A DNA stretch of 60,492 nt from Candidatus Limnocylindria bacterium (GCA_035697845.1 DASSCI010000015.1:1-60492), one strand, 5' to 3'; positions 45,627-55,285 are shown, numbered from the stretch's first letter. Numbers and translations: made by a program. The notes: generated by a model from the sequence alone, not told the origin.

Positions 45627-46147
45627 TGCGCTGGCGCTGGCTGCTGATTCCGATCGTCGTGCTTCCGCTCGGCTGGCTCCTGTTCACCGGCTTCAGCCTC
45701 GATCCTCGGGCAGTGGCCTCGCCGCTCATCGGCCAGCCCGCGCCGGCCTGGACGTACACCACGCTCGACGGCGAGGAGCTCAGCAGCGCCGACCTGGCCG
45801 GCCGTCCGTACGTCGTGAACTTCTGGGCGAGCTGGTGCGCGCCATGCGTCGAGGAGCACCCGGTGCTGTCCGCCGCGTGGGACCAGCACTCGGACGACCT
45901 CGCCATGATCGGCGTGCTCTACAGCGACAGTCGCGACAACGCCGAGAGCTTCCTGGACCGATACGGACGAGCCGGCTACCCGACCGTCGTCGATGAGTCG
46001 GGTGCACTGGCGATCGACTTCGGCGTGGTCGGGCCGCCGGAGACGTTCTTCGTCGACGCCGATGGCATCGTCCGCGAAAAGCAGACCGGCCCCTTGACGG
46101 CGGAATCGATGGACCGCCACCTGGCCTCGATTGGAATAGGCCGATGA
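45626..46147 (+). CDS. ccmG: Thiol:disulfide oxidoreductase CcmG/DsbE (TlpA family)
   Basis: TGATG overlap with ccmF. A signal anchor and the active site FWASWCAPC. Confidence 0.9.
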   Translation: MRWRWLLIPIVVLPLGWLLFTGFSLDPRAVASPLIGQPAPAWTYTTLDGEELSSADLAGRPYVVNFWASWCAPCVEEHPVLSAAWDQHSDDLAMIGVLYSDSRDNAESFLDRYGRAGYPTVVDESGALAIDFGVVGPPETFFVDADGIVREKQTGPLTAESMDRHLASIGIGR

Positions 46148-46593
46148 GCCGCTCGCTTCCCGCGGTCGCCATCGGCTGTCTGCTCGCCCTGGTCGCGCTG
46201 TTCGCGCTGCGGCCCGGCTCCCCGCCGACGGATGCGCAACGCGCCGACGCGCTTGCCCATGAGCTGCGCTGTCCCGATTGCGCGGGCCTGTCGGTCGCCG
46301 ACTCGCCAACCAACGCCGCCCAGGAGATGCGACGCCAGATCGTTGAGCTCGTGGCCGGCGGAGCCTCCAATGCCGAGGTGCGACAGCACTTCGTGGACCG
46401 CTACGGCGACTGGATCCGACTGGCTCCCAGCTCGCCGGTCGCGTGGCTCATCCCGTTCGCCGTGTTGATCGCCGGCGTCGGTGCGCTGACCGCCTGGCTG
46501 GTGCGCCGGCCTTCGCCGCCGGCGCCGACTCCGCCCATCTCGGCGGATGAGCGCCGGCGCCTACGTGAAGAGGCGGAGGCGCTGGATGCCTGA
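46144..46593 (+). CDS. ccmH: Cytochrome c-type biogenesis protein CcmH
   Basis: ATGA overlap. LRCPDCAG (LRCxxC motif), followed by a TM helix. Confidence 0.85.
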   Translation: MSRSLPAVAIGCLLALVALFALRPGSPPTDAQRADALAHELRCPDCAGLSVADSPTNAAQEMRRQIVELVAGGASNAEVRQHFVDRYGDWIRLAPSSPVAWLIPFAVLIAGVGALTAWLVRRPSPPAPTPPISADERRRLREEAEALDA

Positions 46594-47443
46594 GCTCGTG
46601 CTGATCGTGATCGGCCTGGCGGCCGCAGGCGCCTGGGTCCTGCGTCCACTGTGGTCCGCGCCCGCTTCGGCCACCGACGAGGAGCGCGACGCCGCGATGC
46701 TCCGCCACCGCGTCGCGCTCGAGGCGTTGCGAGACGTCGAGACCGATCGGCGCGCCGGCTCGCTCGACGACGCGTCGTACGCACAACAGCTGTCCGAGGC
46801 CGAGGCACGCGCCGCCGAGACGCGCGGGGCACTGGAGCAGCAGCCATCGACCACCGTCGCGCCTCACGCGCGCCCGGCGAAGACCGCGGCGCTCGTCTCC
46901 GCTGCAGTTGTCGCGGCCGCGCTGCTGGCCGGTGCGGTCGTCCCGGCCAGCGGCGTCGCCAACCAGACCGACACAAACGAGGGTCTTGCCGCGGCGCAGG
47001 CGGCGGAGTCCGCGCGTCAGGAGCGCATCGGCGAGCTCCAGGCGGCGCTGGCGGCCGATCCGCGCGACGTGGACACGCTCTCGGACCTGGCCGATGCCTA
47101 CCTTGCCGGCTCCAGCCAGGAGGATCTCGTCCGGGCCGCGGTCGCGCTCCAGGTGCTCATCGATCTCGAGCCGGATCGCGCCGATGCCTACGAGCGGATC
47201 ATGGCCGCCTACCTGCGCGCCGGCGACCACGCCAACGCCCGCGCCGCGTACGACTCGTACGTCGAGCTCGTCGCGGCCGATCCGGTGGAGGCGGCCTTCT
47301 TCGACGGCCTCATCGCCCTGCGCGGCGAGGACGACCCGGCTCGTGCCGAGGCGGCCTTCGATCGGTTCCTGGAGCTCGCGCCCGACGACCCACGCGCCGG
47401 GATGATCGAGGGACTGCGCGAGGAGGCCGCGGACGCCCGCTGA
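46586..47443 (+). CDS. CcmI-like TPR-containing cytochrome c biogenesis factor
   Basis: Its ATG overlaps the ccmH stop by 8 nt. It has two TM segments, then TPR-like repeats (DVDTLSDLADAYLAG..., ADAYERIMAAYLRAGDHANA...). Confidence 0.65.
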   Translation: MPELVLIVIGLAAAGAWVLRPLWSAPASATDEERDAAMLRHRVALEALRDVETDRRAGSLDDASYAQQLSEAEARAAETRGALEQQPSTTVAPHARPAKTAALVSAAVVAAALLAGAVVPASGVANQTDTNEGLAAAQAAESARQERIGELQAALAADPRDVDTLSDLADAYLAGSSQEDLVRAAVALQVLIDLEPDRADAYERIMAAYLRAGDHANARAAYDSYVELVAADPVEAAFFDGLIALRGEDDPARAEAAFDRFLELAPDDPRAGMIEGLREEAADAR

Positions 47444-47446
47444 CGC

Positions 47447-47620
47447 TCAGCGGCGAGGACGATCGGGGTCGAAGTCCCTCGAGTAGGGGTCGTTTGCGGG
47501 ATCGTCGCCGTACATCTCGCGCCGGTCGACGATGACCCTGCCGCCCCCGCCGATCAAGCCGGCCACGAGTGCGTAAGCGCCGACCGCGACCCGCTTCACC
47601 CAGGTCCACAGGGTGTTCAT
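47447..47620 (-). CDS. Small membrane protein (57 aa)
   Basis: The ATG lies 11 nt after the MarR stop. The product is MNTLWTWVKRVAVGAYALVAGLIGGGG... with a polar C-terminal tail. Confidence 0.4.
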   Translation of the reverse strand: MNTLWTWVKRVAVGAYALVAGLIGGGGRVIVDRREMYGDDPANDPYSRDFDPDRPRR

Positions 47621-47630
47621 GAACCAGAGC

Positions 47631-48095
47631 CTACGACTGAGACGCAACCCTCTCGAGCATGGCGCCGAGCTTGGTCAGCTCATCGGCATCGAAGCGGTCG
47701 AGGAAGTGCTCCGTGATGCCGCGCAGGTGCGTGGGGGATGCCTTCCGCAGCCGGCGGTAGCCGGCATCGGTCAGGGAAGCCCACTGGCCGCGGCGGTCGG
47801 AGTCGCATACGACGCGCTCGACAAGCCCATCGGCCACGAGGCGGTCGACCAGGCGGGTGGCGCCCGAGCGCGACAGCAGCAGCCGGTCGGCGAGGTCGCT
47901 CATGCGCAGGCGGCGGTCATCGGCGGCGGACAGCTGGATGAGGACGTCGTAATCGGTCAACGCCAGGTCCTGCTCGGCCTGGAGCTCCGTCTCGAGCGCA
48001 CGCACCACCTTGGCGTGGGCGCGCAGGAACGTGCTCCACGCGTCCAGTCGCGGATCGTGGCGGGTGATCGGCTCGGTCATGTTTGCTGCCACCAT
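47631..48095 (-). CDS. MarR-family transcriptional regulator
   Basis: The wHTH reads LTDYDVLIQLSAADDRRLRMSDLADRLLLSRSGATRLVDRLVADGLVER. The start is ambiguous (ATG 48095 or 48080). The TTG 48113 of the track lies inside the operator palindrome. Confidence 0.85.
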   Translation of the reverse strand: MVAANMTEPITRHDPRLDAWSTFLRAHAKVVRALETELQAEQDLALTDYDVLIQLSAADDRRLRMSDLADRLLLSRSGATRLVDRLVADGLVERVVCDSDRRGQWASLTDAGYRRLRKASPTHLRGITEHFLDRFDADELTKLGAMLERVASQS

Positions 48096-48097
48096 AG

Positions 48098-48133
48098 ATA
48101 GTTGCATGTGCAACGATAGTCGGATATAGTTGC
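48098..48133. promoter_or_regulatory. Candidate MarR operator in the marR/yceI divergent region
   Basis: There is an inverted repeat GTTGCA-TG-TGCAAC at 48101-48114. There is also a direct repeat ATAGTTGC at 48098-48105 and 48126-48133. Confidence 0.55.
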
Positions 48134-48172
48134 TGAATCAATCATACACCACGACTCCCGGAGCCCCACGAT

Positions 48173-48766
48173 ATGACCTGGACCCTCGACCCCGCTCACT
48201 CATCGGTCACGTTCAGTGCGAAGCACATGATGGTGACCACCGTCCGCGGCAGCATGAAGATCCGCGACTTCGACCTCGACCTCGACGTCGACAACCCCGA
48301 GGCCTCGAGCGTACGCGTCAGCCTGGATGCCGCCTCGATCGACACCGGCCAGCAGATGCGTGACGACCACCTGCGCTCTGCCGACTTCCTCAAGGCCGAT
48401 GAGTTCCCGACCATCGACTTCGTCAGCACGCGCATCGTGCGGACCGGCGACGACACCGGTGACCTGCACGGTGAGCTGACCATTCGGGGCGTGACCCGAC
48501 CCATCGTCCTCAAGGCCGACTTCGGCGGGATCGTGCCGAACATGCAGGGCGGACAGCGCGGCGCCTTCAGCGCCAGCGCGAAGATCAACCGCGAGGACTT
48601 CGGCCTGACCTGGAACGTGGCCCTCGAGCAGGGCGGTGTCCTCGTCAGCAAGGACATCAAGATCGAGATCGACGTCGCGGTCGTCTCGTCGGTCGAGGCC
48701 GGCCGCGAGGAGGCGGAGGCCGAGGCTCAGCTCACCGAGCCAGAGGCTGAGGCCATCAGCGCCTGA
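48173..48766 (+). CDS. YceI-family (polyisoprenoid-binding) protein with an acidic C-terminal extension
   Basis: WTLDPAHSSVTFSAKHMMVTTVRG...DTGQQMRDDHLRSADFL...FPTIDFVS is the YceI signature. The gene is divergent from marR. Confidence 0.85.
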   Translation: MTWTLDPAHSSVTFSAKHMMVTTVRGSMKIRDFDLDLDVDNPEASSVRVSLDAASIDTGQQMRDDHLRSADFLKADEFPTIDFVSTRIVRTGDDTGDLHGELTIRGVTRPIVLKADFGGIVPNMQGGQRGAFSASAKINREDFGLTWNVALEQGGVLVSKDIKIEIDVAVVSSVEAGREEAEAEAQLTEPEAEAISA

Positions 48767-49823
48767 CGTCCGACGGAGCCCGCGGGACCTCGATCCAGAA
48801 GGTCGATCCCGCGCCTTCCTCCGAGCTCAGACCGACCGACCCGCCGTGCGCTTCCGCGATGTGGCGCACGATCGATAGTCCAAGGCCCGCACTGCCGGCC
48901 ATTGGCTCGGCATCCGCGCTTCGGACACGGGAGCGGTCGACCTTGTAGAAGCGCTCGAAGATTCGCGGCTGGTGTGCTGCCGGTATGCCGATGCCGTCAT
49001 CGGCAACGGTGAAGCGCACGCGATCGCCTGCTTCCTCCCAGCCAGTGCGGACTTCGCCCCCCGGGTGGCTGAATTTCACGGCGTTGTGCGCCAGGTTCAG
49101 CAGCGCCTGCCCGAGTCGCGACGGGTCGGCCATGACCCCGGCCGTCTCGGCAGGTCCCGCCACCCGGCGGACTCGGACTCCGCGGCGTTCCGCCACCGGA
49201 CCGATGCGCGCGATGCACTCATCGATGATCTTGTCGGCATCCGCCGGCTCGAGCGCCAGCGTCGTCTCGCCCGACTCGATCATCGACAGCTCAAGCAGCT
49301 CGTCGACCAGCTGGGCGAGGTGATCGGCCTCACGTTCGATCTGCGTCGCGAAATCTCGCATGGTGCCGAGGTCGTCGACGGTCCCGGACGAAAGGGTCTC
49401 GGCGAGCAGCTTGATCGCAGTCAGCGGCGTGCGCAGCTCGTGGCCGATGTTCGCCACGAAGTCGCGCCGCACGCGCTCAATCCGTCGCAGCGCGGTGATG
49501 TCGTGCATCGACAGCACCAGCCCGCCCTGCGGCAGCGGGACGGCGTCGACGGCGAACTGCCGCGAGCCGAGGTGGCCCAGCGCCGCCTCACCGGACGCCG
49601 TGGTGCCCGACAGCGCCTCCCGGGCGATCCCATCCAGGGCCGCGGAGCCGAAGGCGGCGATGAGGCTCATGCCGAGCATCGCGTCGGGCTCGCGCCCGGC
49701 CAGCTCCGCCGCCTGTGGTCCGACGCGGACGATGCGCAGGGCGTCGTCGATGGCGACCAGGACGTGCCCGCTGCGCCGGCCGAGGAGCGCGTCGAACGCA
49801 GCCGCGTCGGTCGCGATCGTCAT
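48756..49823 (-). CDS. Sensor histidine kinase, PhoR/SenX3-like, apparently soluble (PAS + HisKA + HATPase)
   Basis: H-box HELRTPLTAI. N/G boxes LNLAHNAVKF, DDGIGI and GLGLSIV. There is no hydrophobic segment at the N-terminus. It has an ATGA overlap with the response regulator and sits in the pst-phoU cluster. Confidence 0.85.
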   Translation of the reverse strand: MTIATDAAAFDALLGRRSGHVLVAIDDALRIVRVGPQAAELAGREPDAMLGMSLIAAFGSAALDGIAREALSGTTASGEAALGHLGSRQFAVDAVPLPQGGLVLSMHDITALRRIERVRRDFVANIGHELRTPLTAIKLLAETLSSGTVDDLGTMRDFATQIEREADHLAQLVDELLELSMIESGETTLALEPADADKIIDECIARIGPVAERRGVRVRRVAGPAETAGVMADPSRLGQALLNLAHNAVKFSHPGGEVRTGWEEAGDRVRFTVADDGIGIPAAHQPRIFERFYKVDRSRVRSADAEPMAGSAGLGLSIVRHIAEAHGGSVGLSSEEGAGSTFWIEVPRAPSDVRR

Positions 49824-50515
49824 CGGGGAGGCGCGAAGGCGTAGCCCACGCCGCGGACCGTGCGGAACCAGTTGTGGCCGTTGCCCTTGCGCAGCTTGCC
49901 GCGCAGCCAGCTGACGTGAACGTCGACGGTGCGGTCGTCGCCGCCGAAGTCATAGCCCCAGACATTCGTCAGCAGCTGCTCCCGCGTGAAGATGCGGCCC
50001 GGGCTGGCTGCCATGTGGGTGAGCAGGTCGAACTCCTTGGTGGTCAGATGCAGCGGCGTGCCGGCGAGGGTAGCCTCGCGCCGTGCTACGTCGATGGTGA
50101 GCGAACCGAAGGAGAGCGGAGCCCCCTCGGCGGGTGCGGCGGCCTCGCGTCGACGCCTGCGCAGGACGGCCTCGATCCGGGCGAGCAGCTCAGGTCGGCT
50201 GAACGGTTTGGCGACGTAGTCGTCCGCGCCCAGCTTGAGGCCGACCACGCGGTCGATCTCGTCGCCCTTGGCCGAGAGGATGATCACCGGTGTCGTGACG
50301 CCGTCACGCCGGAGCACGCGCAGGAGCTCGACGCCGCTCATGCCCGGCAGCATGACGTCGAGGATGATGAGATCGACGCGTGGGTTGCGACCGGCCTCCA
50401 GCCCGGCCACGCCATCGGCGGCCGTTGAGACCTCGTACCCCTCGCGCGTGAGATTGAAGGCGAGCGCCTGGCGCAGCGTGGCATCGTCTTCGATGAGGAG
50501 CAGGCGGCGGCGCAT
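49820..50515 (-). CDS. OmpR/PhoB-family response regulator (PhoB/PhoP/RegX3-like)
   Basis: The receiver domain has LLLIEDD...DLIILDVMLPG...KGD. The winged-helix output domain has ...LTTKEFDLL...VWGYDF...RTVDVHVSWLRGKL. Confidence 0.9.
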   Translation of the reverse strand: MRRRLLLIEDDATLRQALAFNLTREGYEVSTAADGVAGLEAGRNPRVDLIILDVMLPGMSGVELLRVLRRDGVTTPVIILSAKGDEIDRVVGLKLGADDYVAKPFSRPELLARIEAVLRRRRREAAAPAEGAPLSFGSLTIDVARREATLAGTPLHLTTKEFDLLTHMAASPGRIFTREQLLTNVWGYDFGGDDRTVDVHVSWLRGKLRKGNGHNWFRTVRGVGYAFAPPR

Positions 50516-50525
50516 GGGTGTTCCC

Positions 50526-51218
50526 TCAGGGGTTGAGGTCCTCGACCCGTCCGGTGGCGAGGTAGACGACGTCCTCGCCGATGTTCGTCACCCGATCGCC
50601 GAGTCGCTCCAGGTGGTGGGCGGCAAAGAGCATGTGCGTCGTCTGGCGCGCGCGCTCGGGCGCCTCCGACAGCAGGCGCATCGCGTCCTCGTACACGCTG
50701 TTGTACAGGTGGTCGATCTCGTCGTCGCGCTGCGCGACCCCGCGCGCGTCGGCCTCGCTGACGTCGACCAGCGCTCGCATCGCGGCATGCAGCTGCTCGC
50801 GGCAGATCCGCTCCATCTGGGGGATCTGCTTGAGGATCGGCGTCTCCGGCTCACCGGCCAGCTGCTGGGCCAGCTTGGCGATGTTGACGGCATAGTCGCC
50901 CATGCGCTCGAGCTCGCTCGAGGCGTGGTACAGCGCCAGGAGCTCGCGCACGTCCCGGCCGACCGGAGCCTGGGTGGCGATGAGGGTCGTGATCTCGGTG
51001 TTGATCTGCTGCTGGAGCTCGTTCACGGCGGCGTCATCCCACCGCACCTGGTCGGCGAGATCCGTATCTCTGCTCACGAGCGCCAGGCCGGCCTGCTCGA
51101 GGGCGTGCTCGACCCGCGCGCCAAGGCGCAGCACATCGTCCTTGACACCGTCCAGTGCGCGGTCGAAGGTCGCCCTGGTGCCGGCGTGCTCGTCCATCGG
51201 GTCTGCCGCCTTGTCCAT
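50526..51218 (-). CDS. phoU: Phosphate signalling complex protein PhoU
   Basis: Two PhoU repeats carry the E(L/R)xGD motifs (ELERMGDYAVN, HLERLGDRVTN). Confidence 0.9.
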   Translation of the reverse strand: MDKAADPMDEHAGTRATFDRALDGVKDDVLRLGARVEHALEQAGLALVSRDTDLADQVRWDDAAVNELQQQINTEITTLIATQAPVGRDVRELLALYHASSELERMGDYAVNIAKLAQQLAGEPETPILKQIPQMERICREQLHAAMRALVDVSEADARGVAQRDDEIDHLYNSVYEDAMRLLSEAPERARQTTHMLFAAHHLERLGDRVTNIGEDVVYLATGRVEDLNP

Positions 51219-51231
51219 CGGTCCTCCCTCC

Positions 51232-52158
51232 TCAGCCGAAGCGGCCGGTGATGTAGTCCTCGGTGAGCTGGTGCTGCGGCCGCGTGAAGATCTCGTCGGT
51301 CGCGCCCATCTCGACGAGGTAGCCCGCCCGGTCGTCGCCCATGGTCAGGAAGGCGGTCAGGTCGCTTGCCCGCGCCGCCTGCTGCATGTTGTGCGTGACG
51401 ATGACGATCGTGTACTTCTCCTTCAGCTCGCGCATGAGCTCCTCGATCATCAGCGTCGCGATCGGGTCGAGGGCGGAGCACGGCTCGTCCATGAGGATCA
51501 CGTCCGGCTCCACGGCGATCGCTCGTGCGATGCACAGCCGCTGCTGCTGGCCGCCCGACAGCGCGGTGCCCGGCGAGCGCAACTTGTCCTTGACCTCGTC
51601 CCAGAGCGCCGCTCGTCGCAGCGACGACTCGACCAGCTTGTCCATGTCGCCACGGAAGCCGGCCACGCGCGGACCGAAGGCGACGTTGTCGTAAATGGAC
51701 TTCGGGAACGGATTGGGCTTCTGGAAGACCATGCCGATGCGGCGGCGGACCTCGACCGGGTCGATCCCATCGGCGTACAGGTCGACGCCGTGATAGCGGA
51801 TCGAGCCGGTGATGCGCGCCGTGTCGACCAGGTCGTTCATCCGGTTGAAGCTGCGCAGGAGCGTGCTCTTGCCACAGCCCGATGGACCGATGATCGCGGT
51901 GATCTGGTTCTGCGGAATGGCGAGGCTGATGTCGCGCACGGCGCGAAACGCACCGTAGTAGCAGGAGAGCTCGTCGAGCTCGAAGACGGCGTTGTCCGCC
52001 GCGAGTGCTGCGATCCCCTCACTCGCCGGTCGCTCGGCCGTCCGTGCCGCGGCGCTGTCCACGCGCCGTATTGTCGGCGCTGAGTCGTGAACCTGCTCGC
52101 CCATCGGCGGCGTGTTCGGGTGAGTGTCGACGGTCACGGGGTCACCACTTTCGGTCAT
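51232..52158 (-). CDS. pstB: Phosphate ABC transporter ATP-binding protein PstB
   Basis: [35 protein letters not shown]. The start is ambiguous (ATG 52158 overlapping pstA, or ATG 52104). Confidence 0.9.
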   Translation of the reverse strand: MTESGDPVTVDTHPNTPPMGEQVHDSAPTIRRVDSAAARTAERPASEGIAALAADNAVFELDELSCYYGAFRAVRDISLAIPQNQITAIIGPSGCGKSTLLRSFNRMNDLVDTARITGSIRYHGVDLYADGIDPVEVRRRIGMVFQKPNPFPKSIYDNVAFGPRVAGFRGDMDKLVESSLRRAALWDEVKDKLRSPGTALSGGQQQRLCIARAIAVEPDVILMDEPCSALDPIATLMIEELMRELKEKYTIVIVTHNMQQAARASDLTAFLTMGDDRAGYLVEMGATDEIFTRPQHQLTEDYITGRFG

Positions 52159-53059
52159 ATCGGTTCCGCAGGAGGATGGCGCTCGCATTGACGAGCAGGA
52201 TGACGACCATCAGCACCACGATCGCGGCGGCGGTCAGAGCTCGAAATTCGTCCTGCGGCTGACCGGACCAGCTGTAGACGATGGTCGGCAGGGCGGTGTA
52301 GGAGCCGGTCAGCATGTCGCCGATGGCCGTGCTCGTGAAGGTTCCGGCGATGGCGCCGACCATGAGCAGCGGGGCAGTCTCGCCGAAGGCGCGAGCCAGC
52401 GACAGGATCGTGCCGGTCAGGATGCCGGGCGCCGCATATGGCAGGACGTGGCTGCGGATCGTCTCCCAGCGGGTCGCGCCGACCCCGAAGGCGGCCTCGC
52501 GAATCGTGGCGGGCACCGCTCGCAGCGCCTCGGACGTAGTGATGACCACGACCGGCAAGACCAGCACGGCCAGCGTCAGGCCGCCGGCCACGAGCGTCCT
52601 CCCCAGGCCCAGGCTGCTGACGAAGACGGCGAGGCCAAGCAGGCCATAGACGATGGCCGGGACGCCCGCCAGGTTGCGGATGTTCGTTCGTATCAGCCGC
52701 GCCGCGCGCGTGTCCCGCGCGTACTCCTCCAGGTACACCGCGGCACCGATGCCGAGGGGCAGGGCCAGCGCGGCGACGAAGCCCATGAGCAGCACTGACC
52801 CGAGAATCCCCTGGAGGATGCCGGCCCGAGCCGGGCGCGACGACAGCGCCGACCCGAGAAAGTCGACCGGCCGTTCGGCGAACACGGGCAGCGAGCGCAC
52901 GACGATGTCGCCGATGAGGACCACCAGCACGCCGAGCGAGATCAGCAGGCTCAGGAGCAGGGCCACCTGCAGGACCAGGCCCAGCCGATCGCCTCCGTCG
53001 GACCGGAGGCGCCGCTCCACGACACCGCGGGCAGAGAGCGCCTGGACGGGCGCCGTCAT
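52142..53059 (-). CDS. pstA: Phosphate ABC transporter permease PstA
   Basis: A polytopic permease with an EAA-like loop ([15 protein letters not shown]), in the canonical pstSCAB position. Confidence 0.9.
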   Translation of the reverse strand: MTAPVQALSARGVVERRLRSDGGDRLGLVLQVALLLSLLISLGVLVVLIGDIVVRSLPVFAERPVDFLGSALSSRPARAGILQGILGSVLLMGFVAALALPLGIGAAVYLEEYARDTRAARLIRTNIRNLAGVPAIVYGLLGLAVFVSSLGLGRTLVAGGLTLAVLVLPVVVITTSEALRAVPATIREAAFGVGATRWETIRSHVLPYAAPGILTGTILSLARAFGETAPLLMVGAIAGTFTSTAIGDMLTGSYTALPTIVYSWSGQPQDEFRALTAAAIVVLMVVILLVNASAILLRNRYDRKW

Positions 53060-54000
53060 CAGTACTGGCTCCGAACGCGACGCACGAACGCGTCGCTGAG
53101 CAGGTTGAGGCCGAGCGTGATGGCGAACAGGAGCAGGCCGACGAAGAAGAGGCTTTCGAAGGTCAGGGCCTCGCCCCGGACGCTGTCCGAGCCGATGGCC
53201 AGCGCGGTCATGGCGGCCGTCATCGTCTGCCCCGGCTCCAGCGGGTTGAGCTCGAACAGCGATCCCCCCGTCCCACCCGCCGCGATGGCCACGATCATCG
53301 TCTCGCCGATGGCGCGCGAGACACCGAGCAGGAGCGCGGCGATGATGCCCGATACCGCTGCAGGCACGACGACGCGTAGGCTGGTCGTGCGCCTCCTGGC
53401 ACCGAGCCCATACGCAGCCTCGCGCAGGTAGCTGGGAACCGCGTGCAGGGCGTCCTCACTGATCGACGCGATGAGCGGGGTGATCAGGATGCCGACCGCC
53501 AGCCCGGCCGATGCCATGTTCGAGAGCGGTGCGCCGGTCAGCGGCTGCACCAGGTTGGGGCTGATCCACGTGAGCGCGAAGAAGCCGAGCACCACGCTCG
53601 GGATCGAGGCGAGGATCTCGAGGGCCGGCTTGAGCAGCCGGCGGCTCCGGGCGCTGGCATATTCCGACAGGTAGACGGCTGCCCCCAGACCCAGCGGGGC
53701 GGCCACCAGCATGGCCACCCCCGAGATCACCAGCGTGCCGGCGACGATGGTGGCGATGTCGTACATCCCGCGACGCGGGAACCACCCGTCGGTGAAGAGG
53801 GCCGACGGGTCGACGTGGACCAGGAAGTACAGGGCGTTTCCGAGCAGCGAAAGCACGATCGCGCCGCTGATCACGATCGACAGGCCCGCGGCGGCGAGGA
53901 AGAACGATCGGATGAGCCGCTCTCGGCGGCGTCGGGCGGGCGCGATCTGGAGATCGGACGGGACGAGGCTCGTGCCTCGCTCCGTCAACGCCCCGCCCAC
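53059..54000 (-). CDS. pstC: Phosphate ABC transporter permease PstC
   Basis: A polytopic permease with the loop LREAAYGLGARRRTT, immediately downstream of pstS. Confidence 0.9.
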   Translation of the reverse strand: MGGALTERGTSLVPSDLQIAPARRRRERLIRSFFLAAAGLSIVISGAIVLSLLGNALYFLVHVDPSALFTDGWFPRRGMYDIATIVAGTLVISGVAMLVAAPLGLGAAVYLSEYASARSRRLLKPALEILASIPSVVLGFFALTWISPNLVQPLTGAPLSNMASAGLAVGILITPLIASISEDALHAVPSYLREAAYGLGARRRTTSLRVVVPAAVSGIIAALLLGVSRAIGETMIVAIAAGGTGGSLFELNPLEPGQTMTAAMTALAIGSDSVRGEALTFESLFFVGLLLFAITLGLNLLSDAFVRRVRSQY

Positions 54001-55016
54001 GCCGCGCGGGTCTCGGCGAGCGCATCGGCGTCGAGGGCGACGTAATCCGCCTCGCTGACCGCTGCAATGCCCGCGTCGGAGAGGTAATAGTCCACGAAGG
54101 CTGTCAGCTCGGGGCGAGCGGCGGCCTCATCGGCGTTGACGTAGATGAAGAGCGGCCGCGCGATCGGGTACTCGCCCGACGCGATGGTCTCCGCCGTCGG
54201 CGCGACGCAGCCGTCACCGCCGTCGACCTCGAGCGACCTGACCGAATCGCTGCTCTCGTCGGCGAAGGCGAAGCCGACCCATCCGAGTGATCCGGCGGCA
54301 CCGGCGATGTTTTCGATGATCACGTTGTCATCGGCCGCGGTCTGGTAGTCCGGCCGCGTCGTCTCGTCCTGGCCGCGCTCCTCGGCGATCTCGGCGATGA
54401 CGAGCTCGACGAAACTGTCGAACGTGCCCGACTCCTCACCGGGGGCGGTCACCGTCAGGTCGGCATCCGGATACGGCGCGTGGATCTGCCCGTAGCCATC
54501 ACCGAGCTCACCGGCAAGCGCGTCGGCGTCGCTCCAAGCGTCGAATCCCTGCGATTCGGGGCCGAGCAGCGCGTACAGGTCGCCGAAGCTCAGGCAGCTC
54601 ACATCGGCGTTCTCGGGCGACGTGATGATGCTGAGCCCGTCGATCGCGACCTGCAGCTCGACGTAGCTGACGCCGTTCTCCTCGCAGATCGCCGCCTCCT
54701 CGTCCTTGATGGCACGAGAGGCATCGCTGATGTCCGTCTCACCGGTGCAGAACAGGGCGAAGCCGTCGCCGGTGCCGGGTCCGTCGACCGACCCGTCGAC
54801 GCCCGGATTGGCCGCGACGAAATCCTCGAGGACGATGGAGCTGATCGGCTCGACGGTCGACGAGCCCGAGATGACGATGTCCCCGGCGACGTCGCCGGTG
54901 CCGCCAGCGTTGCCGGAGCGATCGGGGTTGCTCGAGCAGGCTGCGAGGACCAGCGATGCCCCCACCACGAGGGCGAGCGTGGAACCCGGCTGCCGCCAGG
55001 TGCGAGGTAGCTTCAA
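53985..55016 (-). CDS. pstS: Phosphate-binding lipoprotein PstS
   Basis: I chose the TTG start at 55016, which has an AAGGAG SD sequence 5 nt upstream. Lipobox LVLAAC. It is a periplasmic-binding-protein type II domain (ISGSSTVEP...). Confidence 0.85.
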   Translation of the reverse strand: MKLPRTWRQPGSTLALVVGASLVLAACSSNPDRSGNAGGTGDVAGDIVISGSSTVEPISSIVLEDFVAANPGVDGSVDGPGTGDGFALFCTGETDISDASRAIKDEEAAICEENGVSYVELQVAIDGLSIITSPENADVSCLSFGDLYALLGPESQGFDAWSDADALAGELGDGYGQIHAPYPDADLTVTAPGEESGTFDSFVELVIAEIAEERGQDETTRPDYQTAADDNVIIENIAGAAGSLGWVGFAFADESSDSVRSLEVDGGDGCVAPTAETIASGEYPIARPLFIYVNADEAAARPELTAFVDYYLSDAGIAAVSEADYVALDADALAETRAAWAGR

Positions 55017-55125
55017 TGCATCTCCTTGGTCGGAAGTAGCCACGTTGACGAGGAGATGGTTGCGGGCGCGCCTCAAGGGTTCGTGAGCGGAAGCTCAAGG
55101 ACTCGTTAAGGCCTCGCCGACCGAG

Positions 55126-55281
55126 ATGGCAGGCGAGCCCATGATCGCGGTGGCCGATCCGGCGGCGACGGGGCGCCTCGGGACCTACTACCCGGTCGTT
55201 CGCGACGACGTGCTGATCGTGGTGGAGGCGTTCACGCCCGAGGACGCCGCCGACATGATCGGCGCACTGCCGGAGGCGTAG
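55126..55281 (+). CDS. Possible small protein (51 aa) of unknown function, not in the ORF track
   Basis: The product is MAGEPMIAVADPAATGRLGTYYPVVRDDVLIVVEAFTPEDAADMIGALPEA. Third codon positions are GC-rich like real genes. It is divergent from pstS. There is no clear SD sequence. Confidence 0.35.
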   Translation: MAGEPMIAVADPAATGRLGTYYPVVRDDVLIVVEAFTPEDAADMIGALPEA

Positions 55282-55285
55282 CCCG

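Noticed and set aside
48756-48766. 11-nt convergent overlap of the yceI and histidine-kinase 3' ends.
   Set aside because: This is probably just tight convergent packing. No hairpin or other signal is visible, so I did not report it as a finding.
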